Assembly: GCA_963667015.2 (NCBI GenBank)
Contig: CAXXJJ010000001.1
Span: 1,792,001 to 1,856,000, forward strand
Direction of reading: 5' to 3'
DNA length: 64,000 bases
Origin: Desulfatiglandales bacterium
Lineage (GTDB): Bacteria; Desulfobacterota; DSM-4660; Desulfatiglandales; HGW-15
Both the position numbers and the translations under genes were made by a program. This document shows positions 26,811-38,281 of this stretch, in pieces; position 1 is the stretch's first letter; each line of letters begins with the position of its first letter. The notes beneath the pieces are model-generated. The model was not told the DNA's origin, searched no databases, and saw nothing but the letters and a program-made list of their open reading frames with translations.

Positions 26811-26946
26811 CAGGCGCAGGGTACAGGGCGCAGGGCTCAAGGTAAAAGACAAAATGCAAAAGGCTTAAGACACAAGGTTCAAGGCTCAGGGCACAGGGGG
26901 AAGATGGTTTTTACCTTGCGCCTTGAGTCCTGAGCCTTGCGCCGGA
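26811..26946. repeat. Inverted heptamer-repeat array (AGGCGCA/AGGCTCA units and their complements)
   Basis: aggcgcagggtacagggcgcagggctcaagg...ccttgcgccttgagtcctgagccttgcgcc. Confidence 0.8.
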
Positions 26947-26971
26947 TTTTATTATATTTAAGGAGAACAAT

Positions 26972-27472
26972 ATGACAGAAAATAAACCTCTGGTTGCAGT
27001 AATAATGGGCAGTACATCAGATGTAGATATCATGAGAGGATGTCTTGATCAGCTTAAGGCCTTGAATATTCCATACGAGGTAAAGATAACGTCTGCACAC
27101 AGAACACCTGACCAGACTAAAACCTTTGTTGAAACAGCGGAGGCTCGCGGCATCGAGGTTATCATTGCCGGGGCAGGCTGGTCAGCTCATCTTGCCGGTG
27201 TGGCTGCCGCCCATACATTACTTCCGGTAATCGGTGTGCCCATAGATTCATCATGCCTTCAGGGTATGGATGCATTGCTTTCAACTGTTCAGATGCCTCC
27301 GGGAATCCCCGTTGCTACCGTGGCAATAGGGAAGGGCGGGGCAAAAAACGCATCAATACTTGCTGCCCAGATTCTTGCGCTTAAACATAAGGATATCGCC
27401 GAAACTCTTAAGACTTTCCGTGAAAACCTCACAAAAGAAGCCGAAGAAAAGGGAGCTAATTGGACAGAGTAA
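26972..27472 (+). CDS. purE: N5-carboxyaminoimidazole ribonucleotide mutase
   Basis: [44 protein letters not shown]. Confidence 0.96.
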   Translation: MTENKPLVAVIMGSTSDVDIMRGCLDQLKALNIPYEVKITSAHRTPDQTKTFVETAEARGIEVIIAGAGWSAHLAGVAAAHTLLPVIGVPIDSSCLQGMDALLSTVQMPPGIPVATVAIGKGGAKNASILAAQILALKHKDIAETLKTFRENLTKEAEEKGANWTE

Positions 27473-28119
27473 CTCCCCCTGAAAATATTTTTGTTATAGA
27501 TTCCGATGAAACTTTAAAGGCCGCAATGGATAAAGCCCGGAAGGTTATGCTTTCTGGCGGTGTTGTGGCCTTTCCTACTGAATCATTCTATGGACTGGCT
27601 GTTGATATAGAAAATGAGCAGGCCATAGAAAAACTCTTCTCGCTAAAACAGAGAGACAGTAACAATCCCATACTCATCCTGCTGCCTGATATAGAGGCCC
27701 TTAAAGAATATGTTGAAGATATTCCTGATCGGGCGGTAACCCTCATAAATAAATTCTGGCCCGGAGGCCTGACCATACTTTTTAAGGCAGGCCAAAAAAT
27801 ATCATCCCTGTTGACTGCAGAAACCGGAAAGGTTGGAGTCAGGATTTCCAGTCATCCGCTGGCAACGGACCTGGCCAGGTCAATCGGGCGTCCTGTTACA
27901 GGGACCAGTTCAAATATTTCCGGTCATCCTCCCTGCACCAGGGCAGAAGAAGTGTTCGATTGTTTTGGTGAAACTATTGATTTGATCCTTGATAACGGCC
28001 CTACACTGGGCGGACCTGGCAGTACAATACTTGATGTAACATTTGATCCCTGTGTTGTTTTGCGGGAAGGGATGGTCCTGGCAGAGGATATTGGAAAAAT
28101 CTGTCGAATAAAAACCTGA
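27460..28119 (+). CDS. tsaC: L-threonylcarbamoyladenylate synthase (Sua5/YrdC)
   Basis: [35 protein letters not shown]. Confidence 0.92.
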   Translation: MDRVTPPENIFVIDSDETLKAAMDKARKVMLSGGVVAFPTESFYGLAVDIENEQAIEKLFSLKQRDSNNPILILLPDIEALKEYVEDIPDRAVTLINKFWPGGLTILFKAGQKISSLLTAETGKVGVRISSHPLATDLARSIGRPVTGTSSNISGHPPCTRAEEVFDCFGETIDLILDNGPTLGGPGSTILDVTFDPCVVLREGMVLAEDIGKICRIKT

Positions 28120-29628
28120 TCACCTGGATCTTAACTTTGCTGTAAAATGGAAAGTACTGCCTTTTCCCTCGACACTTTCGGCCCACAAGTCACCTTCGAG
28201 CATTTTTACAAGCTGACTGCATATACTTAATCCAATACCTGTTCCGCCATATTTTCTTGTGGATGATCCGTCAGCCTGAGTAAATTCTCTGAAAATAATA
28301 TTCATCTTATCTTTAGGTATGCCAATACCTGTGTCTTCAATGATAAAGTGAAGTGTAATATCTTTATCTAAAATATCCTCTGCATTGACTCTAAAAGTAA
28401 CGCCGCCCTTTTCAGTGAATTTAATAGCATTACCTACAAGGTTTATAATCATCTGACGAATTATTTCCGGATCACCTACCAGGTAGTCCGGGATATTCGG
28501 ATCAATATTCCACTTTAATTCAAGCCCTTTGGATTCTGACTGGGATTTAAAATTCTCCATACACGCAAGAACAACCTGTTGAAGACTCATAGATTCTTTC
28601 TCAATAATCATACCTCCGGATGTTATTTTTGAAAAGCTAAACAGATCATTTACAAGCCTTAGAAGACCCTCTGTTGATTCCTGCATGAGTGCAAGGTATT
28701 CACGCTGCTCGTCATTAAGATCAGTATCTGACAGCAGACTGAGTATCCCTACAATACCATTCATGGGAGTCCTTATCTCGTGGTTCATGTTTGCAAGAAA
28801 TTCACTTTTCATCCGGCTGGCTTCTTCTGCTAACTCTTTTGCTGAAATAAGTGTCTTTTCAGAGCGTTTGCGTTCAGTAATATCCCGGGCAACGGCCTGA
28901 AAAAGACCTTCTCTGGGGTATTCCAGAAGATTGGCGCTTATCTCTACCTCTACTATGGTTCCATTCTTTTTTAAAATTTCGGTTTCAAAGCAGGCACTTC
29001 TCTTTTCAATAATTGCGGGGAGCCTGCTGTCCTCAAGGGATCTTTTCCAACTTGGCTTGAGAGCCAGCATATCCATTTTTAATAACTCATCACAACTGTA
29101 ACCTGTCAGTTCAGTTGATCTTCTGTTGACGTCAAGAATTTTTCCCTTTTGGTCATGAATAAAAATAGCATCATTCGCCTGGTTAAACAGAGCAACATAT
29201 CTTTTTTCATTTTCCTCGAGTTCAAGCTGTTGTCTGTAGAGTCTCAGGAAGACATCCACCTTGCACTGAAGGAGAAATGGCTCGACAGGTTTGGTGATAT
29301 AGTCTACAGCGCCAATTTCAAATCCTTTTTGAATAAATTCGTCTGAAAGATATTCAGCTGTAATAAATAAAATCGGTAAATTTTTCAGCCTGTCGCTGGA
29401 TTTCATTTTTTCTGCTACTTCCCATCCGTCAATACCAGGCATTTTTATGTCGAGAATAATCAGCGAAATATCTTCTTTCTCAAGTATCATTAAGGCATCC
29501 TCGCCTGAGCCGGCAGTAAAAAAAATCCTGTCCGGTTTTCTAAGCTGTCGCTTCAATGCTGTCAGGTTTTCATCTATATCATCGACAAGTAATATCTTGC
29601 TTTTTATGTTACCTACTAAGTTTTTCAT
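28120..29628 (-). CDS. REC-PAS-HisKA-HATPase sensor histidine kinase
   Basis: ILLVDD...LDIKMP...KP receiver; PAS; FLANMNHEIRTPM; NLVGNAIKFT; DTGIGI; GGTGIGL. Confidence 0.92.
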   Translation of the reverse strand: MKNLVGNIKSKILLVDDIDENLTALKRQLRKPDRIFFTAGSGEDALMILEKEDISLIILDIKMPGIDGWEVAEKMKSSDRLKNLPILFITAEYLSDEFIQKGFEIGAVDYITKPVEPFLLQCKVDVFLRLYRQQLELEENEKRYVALFNQANDAIFIHDQKGKILDVNRRSTELTGYSCDELLKMDMLALKPSWKRSLEDSRLPAIIEKRSACFETEILKKNGTIVEVEISANLLEYPREGLFQAVARDITERKRSEKTLISAKELAEEASRMKSEFLANMNHEIRTPMNGIVGILSLLSDTDLNDEQREYLALMQESTEGLLRLVNDLFSFSKITSGGMIIEKESMSLQQVVLACMENFKSQSESKGLELKWNIDPNIPDYLVGDPEIIRQMIINLVGNAIKFTEKGGVTFRVNAEDILDKDITLHFIIEDTGIGIPKDKMNIIFREFTQADGSSTRKYGGTGIGLSICSQLVKMLEGDLWAESVEGKGSTFHFTAKLRSR

Positions 29629-29702
29629 CGTTTTTTGCTCATACCAGTCTGTTTCTCTTTAATATGCCTGTACCTGTTTAAAAACATGGAATCCCGTTTT
29701 GA

Positions 29703-30206
29703 TTACCTGATCATTTTTAATGTCTGCGCTGAAAGGTTCTTTAATGAAAGTTGCTTCACATAAGCCATTCCTGTATCAGTATGAAAATAGACCTTCCTGG
29801 TTTTATCTCCTCCAAAATCATGTGCTACAATCTCTATTTTTTCTTTTTGAAGATATTGGATTACAAAATCCACTATCTTGGTACCAATTCCGGTTTCCTT
29901 TGATATTGCAGGAATTACATGCCCTCCGCCAAAGGCCTTTGCGACCAGTTTATTACGCTCACCTCCAAGTTGACAAATATTTTTTATCAGATATTTCATA
30001 GCGTTTTCACCATAACGTGTAGACGAATCGTTTTTATAGTTATTGCCCGGTAAAAAAATATGATTCATTCCGCCAATGCGGTTTTTTATATCATAAATAC
30101 AAACCGCTACACAGGACCCGAGTAGTGTGTATATTACAGTAGGCTCATCAGTGGCATATAATTCACCTATCTTAATGATGACCTGTCTTTTAAGATAGTC
30201 TTTCAT
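29703..30206 (-). CDS. cheD: Chemoreceptor glutamine deamidase CheD
   Basis: TLLGSCVAVC, GGMNHIFLP, RYG, AKAFGG, DFGG..TRKVYF. Confidence 0.92.
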   Translation of the reverse strand: MKDYLKRQVIIKIGELYATDEPTVIYTLLGSCVAVCIYDIKNRIGGMNHIFLPGNNYKNDSSTRYGENAMKYLIKNICQLGGERNKLVAKAFGGGHVIPAISKETGIGTKIVDFVIQYLQKEKIEIVAHDFGGDKTRKVYFHTDTGMAYVKQLSLKNLSAQTLKMIR

Positions 30207-30250
30207 TTCTGATATAAAAACCATGCACAATTTATATATAATAATTAATT

Positions 30251-30670
30251 CTACACCTGGTGAATTAATCCCAGTTTTACCATTTCACCAATAAGATTTT
30301 TCTTGGAAATAGGCTTAACAATATATGAAGTAGCCCCTCCATCATGAAATGCCTTGATAACATTTTTAAGGTCATCCAGTGCTGTAACCATAATAACCTT
30401 AACTTCCTGGGACCCTATGATTCCCATCTCCAATTCCATGTCCCTGATCTTCTGCAGTGCCTCCTGCCCGTCAATTTCAGGCATCATTACATCCATGCAT
30501 ATGAGATCATAGGGCGACAGCTCTTCCCAGCCAAGATAAAAGGCATGAATTGCTTCTTTCCCATCCTTTGCCATATCACATTTACCATAGGGAGTAAGTA
30601 TTTCCTGAAGGATACGGCGGGATATAAAGTCATCTTCAACGATAAGTATTTTAAGATTTTTCTCACTCAT
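30251..30670 (-). CDS. Single-domain response regulator (CheY-like)
   Basis: LIVEDD, DLICMDVMMP, MVTA, YIVKP. Confidence 0.9.
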   Translation of the reverse strand: MSEKNLKILIVEDDFISRRILQEILTPYGKCDMAKDGKEAIHAFYLGWEELSPYDLICMDVMMPEIDGQEALQKIRDMELEMGIIGSQEVKVIMVTALDDLKNVIKAFHDGGATSYIVKPISKKNLIGEMVKLGLIHQV

Positions 30671-30708
30671 GGCATGCTCCTCATTTATTTCTTATCCTTA
30701 AAATAATT

Positions 30709-31770
30709 TTATGCCTCTCTGATTATTGTACCGCTTATTTTTTCTAGAGGGAGTATCTTATCTGCAGCATTAAGTTTTATTGCCTCCTGAGGCATGCCAA
30801 ATACAACGGATGTTTCCTCATCCTGGGCGATAGTAAAGGCACCCCGTTCCTTCATCTCCAGAAGCCCCTTGGCACCGTCATCTCCCATGCCTGTCATAAT
30901 TACTCCAATGGCATTTTTGCCGGCATATCGTGCAGCAGACCGGAACAGCACATCAACCGACGGCCTGTGCCTTGACACAAGGGGGCCTTCTCTGATTTCA
31001 ACATAATATCGCGCCCCGCTTCTTTTTAAAAGCATGTGATGATTTCCGGGTGCTATAAGAACCTGTCCTCTCAGGACTGAATCATTATTACTCGCCTCCT
31101 TGATTGTAGGCAGACACAGGGAATCGAGGCGTTTTGCAAAGGCTTTTGTAAAATTTTCGGGCATATGCTGAACTACAACCATTCCCGGGCAATCCATTGG
31201 CAGACCTTCAAACAGAACCCTTAAGGCCTCGGTACCTCCGGTTGACGCACCAACAGCTATTATTTTTTCCGTTGTCTCTACCATGGATCTGTCTGTAGCC
31301 TTTGGAAGCACTACATCGGCGGTATATTTGGGTTGTATTTCTTTTTTCTTGGGTACTCTCTTGATTCTGGCAAGTGAAGCAGCCTTGACACAGTCACATA
31401 TTTTAATCTTTGATTCCCTGAGATATTCCTTTGTCCCCAGTGTTGGTTTCTGAATTATTTCTACTGCTCCATATTCCATTACTTTCATTGTGGTTTCGGA
31501 TCGATTGACTGCCAGGCTGGAACAGATAACCACTGGTATAGGATGTTGATTCATTATTTTTTGTAAAAAGGTAACCCCATCCATCCTTGGCATTTCAACA
31601 TCCAGTGTAATAACATCAGGTGCTTCCTCCCTCATCTTCTTTGCCGCAACATAAGGATCCGAGGCAGTTCCCATGACCTCGATTTCCGGATCAGAGGACA
31701 GTATTTCCGAAAGAGTCTGACGTACTAGCGCAGAGTCGTCAATAATAAGAACTTTAATTTTTTTCTTCAT
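30709..31770 (-). CDS. cheB: Chemotaxis methylesterase
   Basis: Receiver domain plus [26 protein letters not shown]. Confidence 0.96.
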   Translation of the reverse strand: MKKKIKVLIIDDSALVRQTLSEILSSDPEIEVMGTASDPYVAAKKMREEAPDVITLDVEMPRMDGVTFLQKIMNQHPIPVVICSSLAVNRSETTMKVMEYGAVEIIQKPTLGTKEYLRESKIKICDCVKAASLARIKRVPKKKEIQPKYTADVVLPKATDRSMVETTEKIIAVGASTGGTEALRVLFEGLPMDCPGMVVVQHMPENFTKAFAKRLDSLCLPTIKEASNNDSVLRGQVLIAPGNHHMLLKRSGARYYVEIREGPLVSRHRPSVDVLFRSAARYAGKNAIGVIMTGMGDDGAKGLLEMKERGAFTIAQDEETSVVFGMPQEAIKLNAADKILPLEKISGTIIREA

Positions 31771-32648
31771 TACTTCACCTTCCTGTAAACTGCCGGTGCT
31801 GTTGGCATGAGCGGCAGTTTATCTGTGCAGTGGATTACTTCCGAGTGTCCCATAAAAAGGTACCCGTCCGTTTTCAAATGATCACAAAGGCGTAAAATGA
31901 GGTCATCCTGGGTTTTTTTATCAAAATATATTAGTACATTCCTGCAAAAGATTATGTCCATTGCCTCTCTTAATTTAAAATCATCGTCCATAAGATTCAG
32001 CTGCCTGAATTTTACCTTGCTCCTTAATTCAGGTACAACCCGGACAAGATTATTTTGAGAGTTTTTACTTCTGAGAAAATATTTTTTTCTCAGACTTACC
32101 GGAACAGGTTCTATTTCATCGTGGTCATAAATGGCCTTCTGGGCAATTTCTATTACATCCAGTGATATGTCAGTTCCCAGTATGAAATAGTCAAGATTCA
32201 AACCTGGATACCTGCGACGGAATTCATCCAGAACGATCGCAATGGTATAGGCCTCATTTCCTCTTGAGCTGGCGGAACTCCATATATTGAGTTTTCTGCC
32301 CAGTCCGGATCCTTTTTGGGCAACCAGCTCGGGAATCACCCTCTGGACCAGATACTCAAAATGATCAGGTTCTCGGAAAAAATCTGTTTTATGAGTAGTA
32401 ATAACATCAATGAAGTATTTTAGCTCCTGCTCCAATCCCTGATCACTGAATAAATAATCACAGTAATCGCTGAAGTTATTAATCCTGAGCAATTTAAGCC
32501 TTTTCCTCAGGCGTGATTCTACCATTGTTATTTTGCTCAATGGCATTTTTATGCCCATATTGGAGTGAATAAAATGACTTAATCGTGAAAAAACATTCTC
32601 CGATAACCTGTCAGAATAATAACCGTCTCCGGATGATCTGTTCTTCAT
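31770..32648 (-). CDS. cheR: Chemotaxis methyltransferase
   Basis: [42 protein letters not shown]. Confidence 0.95.
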   Translation of the reverse strand: MKNRSSGDGYYSDRLSENVFSRLSHFIHSNMGIKMPLSKITMVESRLRKRLKLLRINNFSDYCDYLFSDQGLEQELKYFIDVITTHKTDFFREPDHFEYLVQRVIPELVAQKGSGLGRKLNIWSSASSRGNEAYTIAIVLDEFRRRYPGLNLDYFILGTDISLDVIEIAQKAIYDHDEIEPVPVSLRKKYFLRSKNSQNNLVRVVPELRSKVKFRQLNLMDDDFKLREAMDIIFCRNVLIYFDKKTQDDLILRLCDHLKTDGYLFMGHSEVIHCTDKLPLMPTAPAVYRKVK

Positions 32649-32684
32649 TTTAACCTGCCAATTGTGGAATCTGAATTTGCCTGG

Positions 32685-34610
32685 TTAATATTGTTCAAAC
32701 TCATCATCGATGATATCTCCCGAAAAATCTGAATTGTCATCCAGTACTATATTAACGCCTTCCTTTTTTTTGTTGTTTCCATTATGTGTTTTAGCAATTT
32801 TTTTAGAAGGGTTGCCTGTAATTAATTTATTAGCGGGTTTTCCAGTATGGGCTATCTGCATGACTTTGTGTTTTTTTAATCCACCGCTGTTAACTGATGA
32901 TTCATCCAGTTTGAAAAAGCCGATAGTGTCCCTGAGTTGTTCAGCCTGTGCAGCCAGTTCTTCAGATGTGGCAGACATCTCCTCACATGCAGATGCATTT
33001 TGCTGTATAACCTGATCGAGCTGAAGGAGAGCCTGATTGATCTGCTCTGCTCCTGAATTCTGTTCAGTTGAGGCGGCGTTTATCTCCTGTACAAGCTCAG
33101 CTGTCTTCCTTATATCCGGGACGATCTTGTTTAGCATGGAGCCGGCATTTTCAGCTATCTCAACGCTGGTAGTGGAAAGATTGCTTATTTCGCCTGCAGC
33201 AATCTGGCTTCGTTCTGCGAGTTTCCGTACCGCGTCTGCGACTACTGCGAATCCTTTTCCATGTTCGCCTGCCCTGGCAGCTTCAATAGCTGCATTTAAA
33301 GCAAGCATATTTGTCTGTCGGGCAATCTCTTCAATGATTGATATTTTTTCAGCTATCTGCTTCATGGCTACTACTGTTTCTTGAACCGCCTTTCCACCAT
33401 TTTCAGCATCATCTGCTGCCTGCATGGATATCCTTTCGGTTTGCTGTGCATTGTCAGCATTCTGTCTGATATTTGCGGACATCTGTTCCATTGAAGATGA
33501 TGCCTGTTCAGCTGAAGCTGCCTGTTCGGTTGCGCCCTGAGACATTTCTTCTGTGCTTGTACTCAGTTCCTGACTTCCTGCGGCGACGTTATCAGAGGCC
33601 ATTTTGACCGATGAAACAACATCCCGGAGGTTAGTAATCAGGGTATTGATGCTGTCAACAATCTGGCCGATTTCATCATTTTTTTCAGCCTTAATCTCAA
33701 TTGTAAGATCTCCATTGCTCATGAGCTCGAGTTTTTCCATGAGCATGCTAACCTGCCTTTCAAGATATTCTTTCTGGTCACTTGCCTCTTGCTGAAGCTT
33801 TTTAACTTCAGTTATATCGATTATTACTTCCATTCCTCCGTATGGTTCACCCTTTTCATCAAAGAGTGCTGAGCAGGCTGCATTTATTGGGATCTTATGA
33901 CCATCTCTGGCCTCAGCCACTGTTTCACCAAAAATTGTCTGTCTGGTACGCATACAACTCTTGATCGTACAGTTCTGGGTGCCGCATAGCGGTGTCTTGG
34001 AGAACTGGGCGCATGTCATTTTACCGACAACCTCTTCCCTGCTGTATCCCATTGCGGTTAATGCCGCATCATTAACAGAAGTGATCAGCAGGTTTTTATC
34101 GGTCGTAAACATGGATGCAGCAATTGAACCAAGAATATTGTCGGTCTCCCATTTTGCCTTAGTCACATCTGTCTGGTCTATAATAACTTCCATTCCTCCA
34201 TATGCCTCACCGTTATCATCAATAAGTGCTGAACAGGAAGCTTTGATGGGAATTTTATGACCATTTCTTGTCTCAGCAATCGTCTCCCCAACAATGATTT
34301 CTCCGCTGCTCATACAATTCTTGAGAGTACAGTTAGTTGTGCCGCATAAAGGAGTTTTTGAAAACTGGGCACAGGTCATTCTCCCAACCACTTCTTCTCG
34401 TGTGTAACCCATAGCTTTGAGAGCCTGGTCATTAATAAAAGTGATTGTCAGGTTTCTGTCCACCACGAACATCGGGGCAGCGATGGCTTTCATGATAGAT
34501 TCACAATAGATTGCCTTTTCATCCGTTTCAGCGAATTTAGATTCCAGCTCCTGAATTCTGCTGTGAAGTCCTTCATTTTCCTCTTTTAATACGTGATTAT
34601 TCCAAAACAT
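32685..34610 (-). CDS. Cytoplasmic chemoreceptor with two tandem Cys-rich PAS domains, HAMP and MA domain
   Basis: Duplicated PAS ([23 protein letters not shown]), no TM segments, [31 protein letters not shown]-terminal EFEQY pentapeptide-like tail. Confidence 0.92.
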   Translation of the reverse strand: MFWNNHVLKEENEGLHSRIQELESKFAETDEKAIYCESIMKAIAAPMFVVDRNLTITFINDQALKAMGYTREEVVGRMTCAQFSKTPLCGTTNCTLKNCMSSGEIIVGETIAETRNGHKIPIKASCSALIDDNGEAYGGMEVIIDQTDVTKAKWETDNILGSIAASMFTTDKNLLITSVNDAALTAMGYSREEVVGKMTCAQFSKTPLCGTQNCTIKSCMRTRQTIFGETVAEARDGHKIPINAACSALFDEKGEPYGGMEVIIDITEVKKLQQEASDQKEYLERQVSMLMEKLELMSNGDLTIEIKAEKNDEIGQIVDSINTLITNLRDVVSSVKMASDNVAAGSQELSTSTEEMSQGATEQAASAEQASSSMEQMSANIRQNADNAQQTERISMQAADDAENGGKAVQETVVAMKQIAEKISIIEEIARQTNMLALNAAIEAARAGEHGKGFAVVADAVRKLAERSQIAAGEISNLSTTSVEIAENAGSMLNKIVPDIRKTAELVQEINAASTEQNSGAEQINQALLQLDQVIQQNASACEEMSATSEELAAQAEQLRDTIGFFKLDESSVNSGGLKKHKVMQIAHTGKPANKLITGNPSKKIAKTHNGNNKKKEGVNIVLDDNSDFSGDIIDDEFEQY

Positions 34611-34818
34611 ATCCCTTACCTCCTGGTAATTTAGTGGAACCCAGAGCGATGTAGCTGGAAAATATCAATATTGTGTTCCGGAATTCCCTGTTGTTAAAAT
34701 TAAATATTTTTATATCTACTATAGTTAATATTTCGATTTGCTGACATAATGCCTGAATTTTTATTAGTTTCTGTTTGTGCTGAATATTAAACATGAGCTA
34801 TTTATAGCCGCAGTCATG

Positions 34819-35370
34819 TTAAGCAGATGGAGATTTGTTTATTGTGCTCTCTGCCTGCTGCTGTGCTATAGCCTCTTTTATCGGGGCATCTTCTGCTGTC
34901 TGTAAAACAATAAGCTCATCAGAAGAAAAGACCTTGTCAATATCCAGAAGTATTATAAAGTTATCATTCTTTTTCCCCATCCCCTTTATGAATTCTGTTT
35001 TAAGTCTTGTTCCAATCCTTGGTGGAGGTTCGATGTTTTCCGGGTCAAGAGTCATGACTTCCTGTACCGAATCTGCAAGTGCACCGATTAGGGTTGTTTC
35101 TCCGTCAATGGTTATTTCCATGATGATAATGCATGTATCCACTGTCCTGTCTGTAGCCGGAAGTCCAAATTTCAAACGAAGATCCACAACCGGGACTACC
35201 CCTCCGCGAAGATTAATGACGCCGCTCATGAAGTCAGGCATTCTGGGGACTTTAGTAACTTCTGTGAAGTCCAGGACCTCCCGTACCTGCGATATGGCCA
35301 GGGCAAAAATCTCCTGGTCCAGATTGAATGACAGATATTGGCTTGTCTCTTTTATTCCTGTTACGCTCAT
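34819..35370 (-). CDS. cheW: Chemotaxis coupling protein
   Basis: YLSF.L, VREV, GVINLRG.VVPVVDLR. Confidence 0.95.
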   Translation of the reverse strand: MSVTGIKETSQYLSFNLDQEIFALAISQVREVLDFTEVTKVPRMPDFMSGVINLRGGVVPVVDLRLKFGLPATDRTVDTCIIIMEITIDGETTLIGALADSVQEVMTLDPENIEPPPRIGTRLKTEFIKGMGKKNDNFIILLDIDKVFSSDELIVLQTAEDAPIKEAIAQQQAESTINKSPSA

Positions 35371-35407
35371 AGCATTGCTCCTCTTTTATTATTTTAATAT
35401 ATAAACA

Positions 35408-37501
35408 TTATATCATTGCGTTAACATCCAGTATCAGTGCAACTGTACCGTCACCAAGGATGGTTGCTCCTGATATCTCCTTCATATGTTTAAATGCCGG
35501 GCCAAGAGATTTTATTACTGTCTGATGCCCGCCAATAACATTGTCCACTACAAACCCGATTCTTCTGTCATGGACATCTGCTATAACAATATGTTCAAGG
35601 GATGGTCTCTCTTCTTTAATTTCAAAATGGTCTCTGAGGCGTATATATGGAACGATTTCGCCCCTTACATTAAGAATATTTGAACCATGGAATTCATCGA
35701 TGTTTTCACTGTTCAGTTCAACACATTCCTCCACCGATGCCAGTGGAAGTACATAGTTTACATCACATATGCTAACCAGAAGACCGCTAATGATTGCCAG
35801 CGTCAATGGAAGCTTCAGTGTAATTATTGATCCTTTTCCAGGAGTACTGTCTATTTCAATCAGCCCTCTTAAAGACTCAATAGTCCTTTTTACAACGTCC
35901 ATACCGACACCCCTGCCCGAGACATTTGTTATGGCATTGGCAGTTGAAAATCCCGGTGCAAAAATCAGTTCGAATATTTCTTTGTCGGTTAGATTTGCAT
36001 CCCTTTGTATTATGTCCTTTTCAATAGCCTTTTCCCTTATTGCCTCAACATGAAGCCCTGCACCGTCATCTTCAATAGTGATAACAACATGAGCCCCTTT
36101 GTGGGCGGCTGAAAGGCGAATGGTACCGGTTTCAGGCTTCCCCTTTTCTTTCCGCACTTCCGGTGATTCAATGCCATGGTCAATACTGTTTCGTATAAGA
36201 TGAACAAGAGGATCATCCAGTTTGTCAATGACTGTTTTATCAAGCTCTGTTTCTGCGCCTTCTGTCACCAGATCAATGCTTTTACCAAGCTCTGATGAAA
36301 GGTCTCTGACAAGACGTTTAAATTTACTGAATGTGGTGCCAATAGGCATCATACGGATACTCATGGTGTTGTCCCTGAGTTCGGCAGTGAGGCGTTCTAT
36401 TTCTTCTGCTATTGATAAAAGTTCGGCGTGGTCCATATTTGAAGAAAACTGGGACAGCCTCGCCTGTACGGTCACAAGTTCACCAACCAGGTCAACCATG
36501 GTATCGAGTTTATCAGAGGCGACTCTCAGACTGGCTGAGCCCTTTTCTTCCCGGCGTTTTTCTTTGATCTTTTTAAGCTGGTTCTGCTCTGCCAGAGCTG
36601 ATTCAATAGTCTCTGGATCTATTTTGTTAGATTCTACCAGAAGTTCTCCAATACGCTTCTGCCCATTGAGGACATCATTTATTTCTTCATCCGAAATATC
36701 ATGTCTTTCTACCAGAATCTCCCCAAGTTTTTTCGACTCTTCATCCTCCTCAGAATAAGGATCTTCATCAATGATATCTATGGAAAGATCGCAGTTGTCC
36801 TCGACAAAAATAAATACGTCTTTTATATCTTCGGGAAATACGTTGGTTGTAAGAATAATATCCCAGATAAAATAACATTCTTCAGGATTCAGTTTATCTA
36901 TAGCCGGGATATTCTTGAATTGAGGTGTAATCTGGTGATCGCCAAACTCCTTTAATTCTTCAACTAACATTGCCGGGTCAGTTCCGGTCAGGAAGATGTC
37001 ATTATGCGGCTTAAAACGTATACGATATGTAACATTACTTTCATTCTCTTTTAATGTGGTTTTTTTTGTGTTGATGAATTCAGCCTGTTTAATTATTTTA
37101 TCATCTGTTAGAGATAGAAATGTTTTCAACGCAGAGACAAGGCTGTATTCATATTCCATGTCAATTTCATCATCATTGGAAGTACAATCAAGAATCGTCT
37201 TGATATGGTCCTTTGAACTTAGAATCAGATCGATCAGTTCCTTGGTGACCGGAAGTACACCATCCCTCACCCTGTCGAGTACTGTTTCTAGCGTATGTGT
37301 GAAATTGACGACTTTATCAAAACCGAACATTGCTCCCGAGCCTTTTATTGTGTGAACGGCCCTGAACAGTCGATTGAGAATCTCCCTGTCACCGGGATTC
37401 TCTTCAATTTCCAGAACAGTTTCTTCAATTTCAGCCAGCAGTTCATCTGCTTCCTGTCTGTATACTTCGATGAAATTTTGCGTATCGCTCATTTTACTCA
37501 C
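35408..37501 (-). CDS. cheA: Chemotaxis histidine kinase
   Basis: Hpt FRAVHTIKG, LVGELV, HLIRNSIDHGIE, SGRGVGMDVV, LPLTLAI, CheW domain. Confidence 0.97.
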   Translation of the reverse strand: MSKMSDTQNFIEVYRQEADELLAEIEETVLEIEENPGDREILNRLFRAVHTIKGSGAMFGFDKVVNFTHTLETVLDRVRDGVLPVTKELIDLILSSKDHIKTILDCTSNDDEIDMEYEYSLVSALKTFLSLTDDKIIKQAEFINTKKTTLKENESNVTYRIRFKPHNDIFLTGTDPAMLVEELKEFGDHQITPQFKNIPAIDKLNPEECYFIWDIILTTNVFPEDIKDVFIFVEDNCDLSIDIIDEDPYSEEDEESKKLGEILVERHDISDEEINDVLNGQKRIGELLVESNKIDPETIESALAEQNQLKKIKEKRREEKGSASLRVASDKLDTMVDLVGELVTVQARLSQFSSNMDHAELLSIAEEIERLTAELRDNTMSIRMMPIGTTFSKFKRLVRDLSSELGKSIDLVTEGAETELDKTVIDKLDDPLVHLIRNSIDHGIESPEVRKEKGKPETGTIRLSAAHKGAHVVITIEDDGAGLHVEAIREKAIEKDIIQRDANLTDKEIFELIFAPGFSTANAITNVSGRGVGMDVVKRTIESLRGLIEIDSTPGKGSIITLKLPLTLAIISGLLVSICDVNYVLPLASVEECVELNSENIDEFHGSNILNVRGEIVPYIRLRDHFEIKEERPSLEHIVIADVHDRRIGFVVDNVIGGHQTVIKSLGPAFKHMKEISGATILGDGTVALILDVNAMI

Positions 37502-37549
37502 CTTTTATTCCGGTCTGATGCTCTGGTATAGATTGCATAATATTTATGG

Positions 37550-37918
37550 CTATTGCCTTAACACCTTTTTTATAACCGCGAGTAACTGATCCGGTTTGAA
37601 AGGCTTTACTATCCATCCTGTAGCCCCGGCAGCCTTACCTTCCTGTTTTTTTTCATCCTGTGATTCGGTGGTTAACATCAATATGGGAATGAATTTGTAT
37701 TGAGGTTTAGAGCGTAATTCCCTGATAAGTTCAATGCCATCCATATTGGGCATATTGAGATCCGTAATCATCATGTCTATAGTTGTCCTATCAAGCTGGG
37801 AAATGGCATCCCTGCCGTCTATTGCTTCAAGAACTTCAAATCCTGCACGTTTTAGTGTGAAACCAACCATTTGTCTTATGCTGTTCGAATCATCTACTGT
37901 CATTATTGTTTTTGACAT
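37550..37918 (-). CDS. cheY: Chemotaxis response regulator
   Basis: TVDDS, TDLNMP.MDG, LTTES, GATGWIVKPF. Confidence 0.94.
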   Translation of the reverse strand: MSKTIMTVDDSNSIRQMVGFTLKRAGFEVLEAIDGRDAISQLDRTTIDMMITDLNMPNMDGIELIRELRSKPQYKFIPILMLTTESQDEKKQEGKAAGATGWIVKPFKPDQLLAVIKKVLRQ

Positions 37919-37942
37919 GCGTTTCTCCTGTATTGCTGTTTA

Positions 37943-38242
37943 TCAACCCTTATCAGTAATAAGGTTCAGGGACATGGACATCCTCTCCAGGGCACTGATA
38001 ACAGCATCAGATGGATTAATAAGCGAAATTTCCTTTCCGGCGTCGAGGCAGCTTTTTTTTAACGAGTAAAGCAACTGTATGCCTGCAGTGTCACAGTCAG
38101 TAATGTCTTTTAAATCAATTTCTATGCTGTCATACTGTTCATATGCTTCCTTGATTTTTTCATGAATCGAAGCTGCATTAAAGATAGATAGAGATGTGTC
38201 TATTTCGATATTATTTTTATTGATTTGTTTTTTTCTTCCCAT
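37943..38242 (-). CDS. STAS-domain protein
   Basis: LSIFNA, IDLKDITDCDTAGIQLL. Confidence 0.88.
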   Translation of the reverse strand: MGRKKQINKNNIEIDTSLSIFNAASIHEKIKEAYEQYDSIEIDLKDITDCDTAGIQLLYSLKKSCLDAGKEISLINPSDAVISALERMSMSLNLITDKG

Positions 38243-38281
38243 AGCAACTCCTTTCAGGTGTTTTGAAAAATTCGGAAATAA

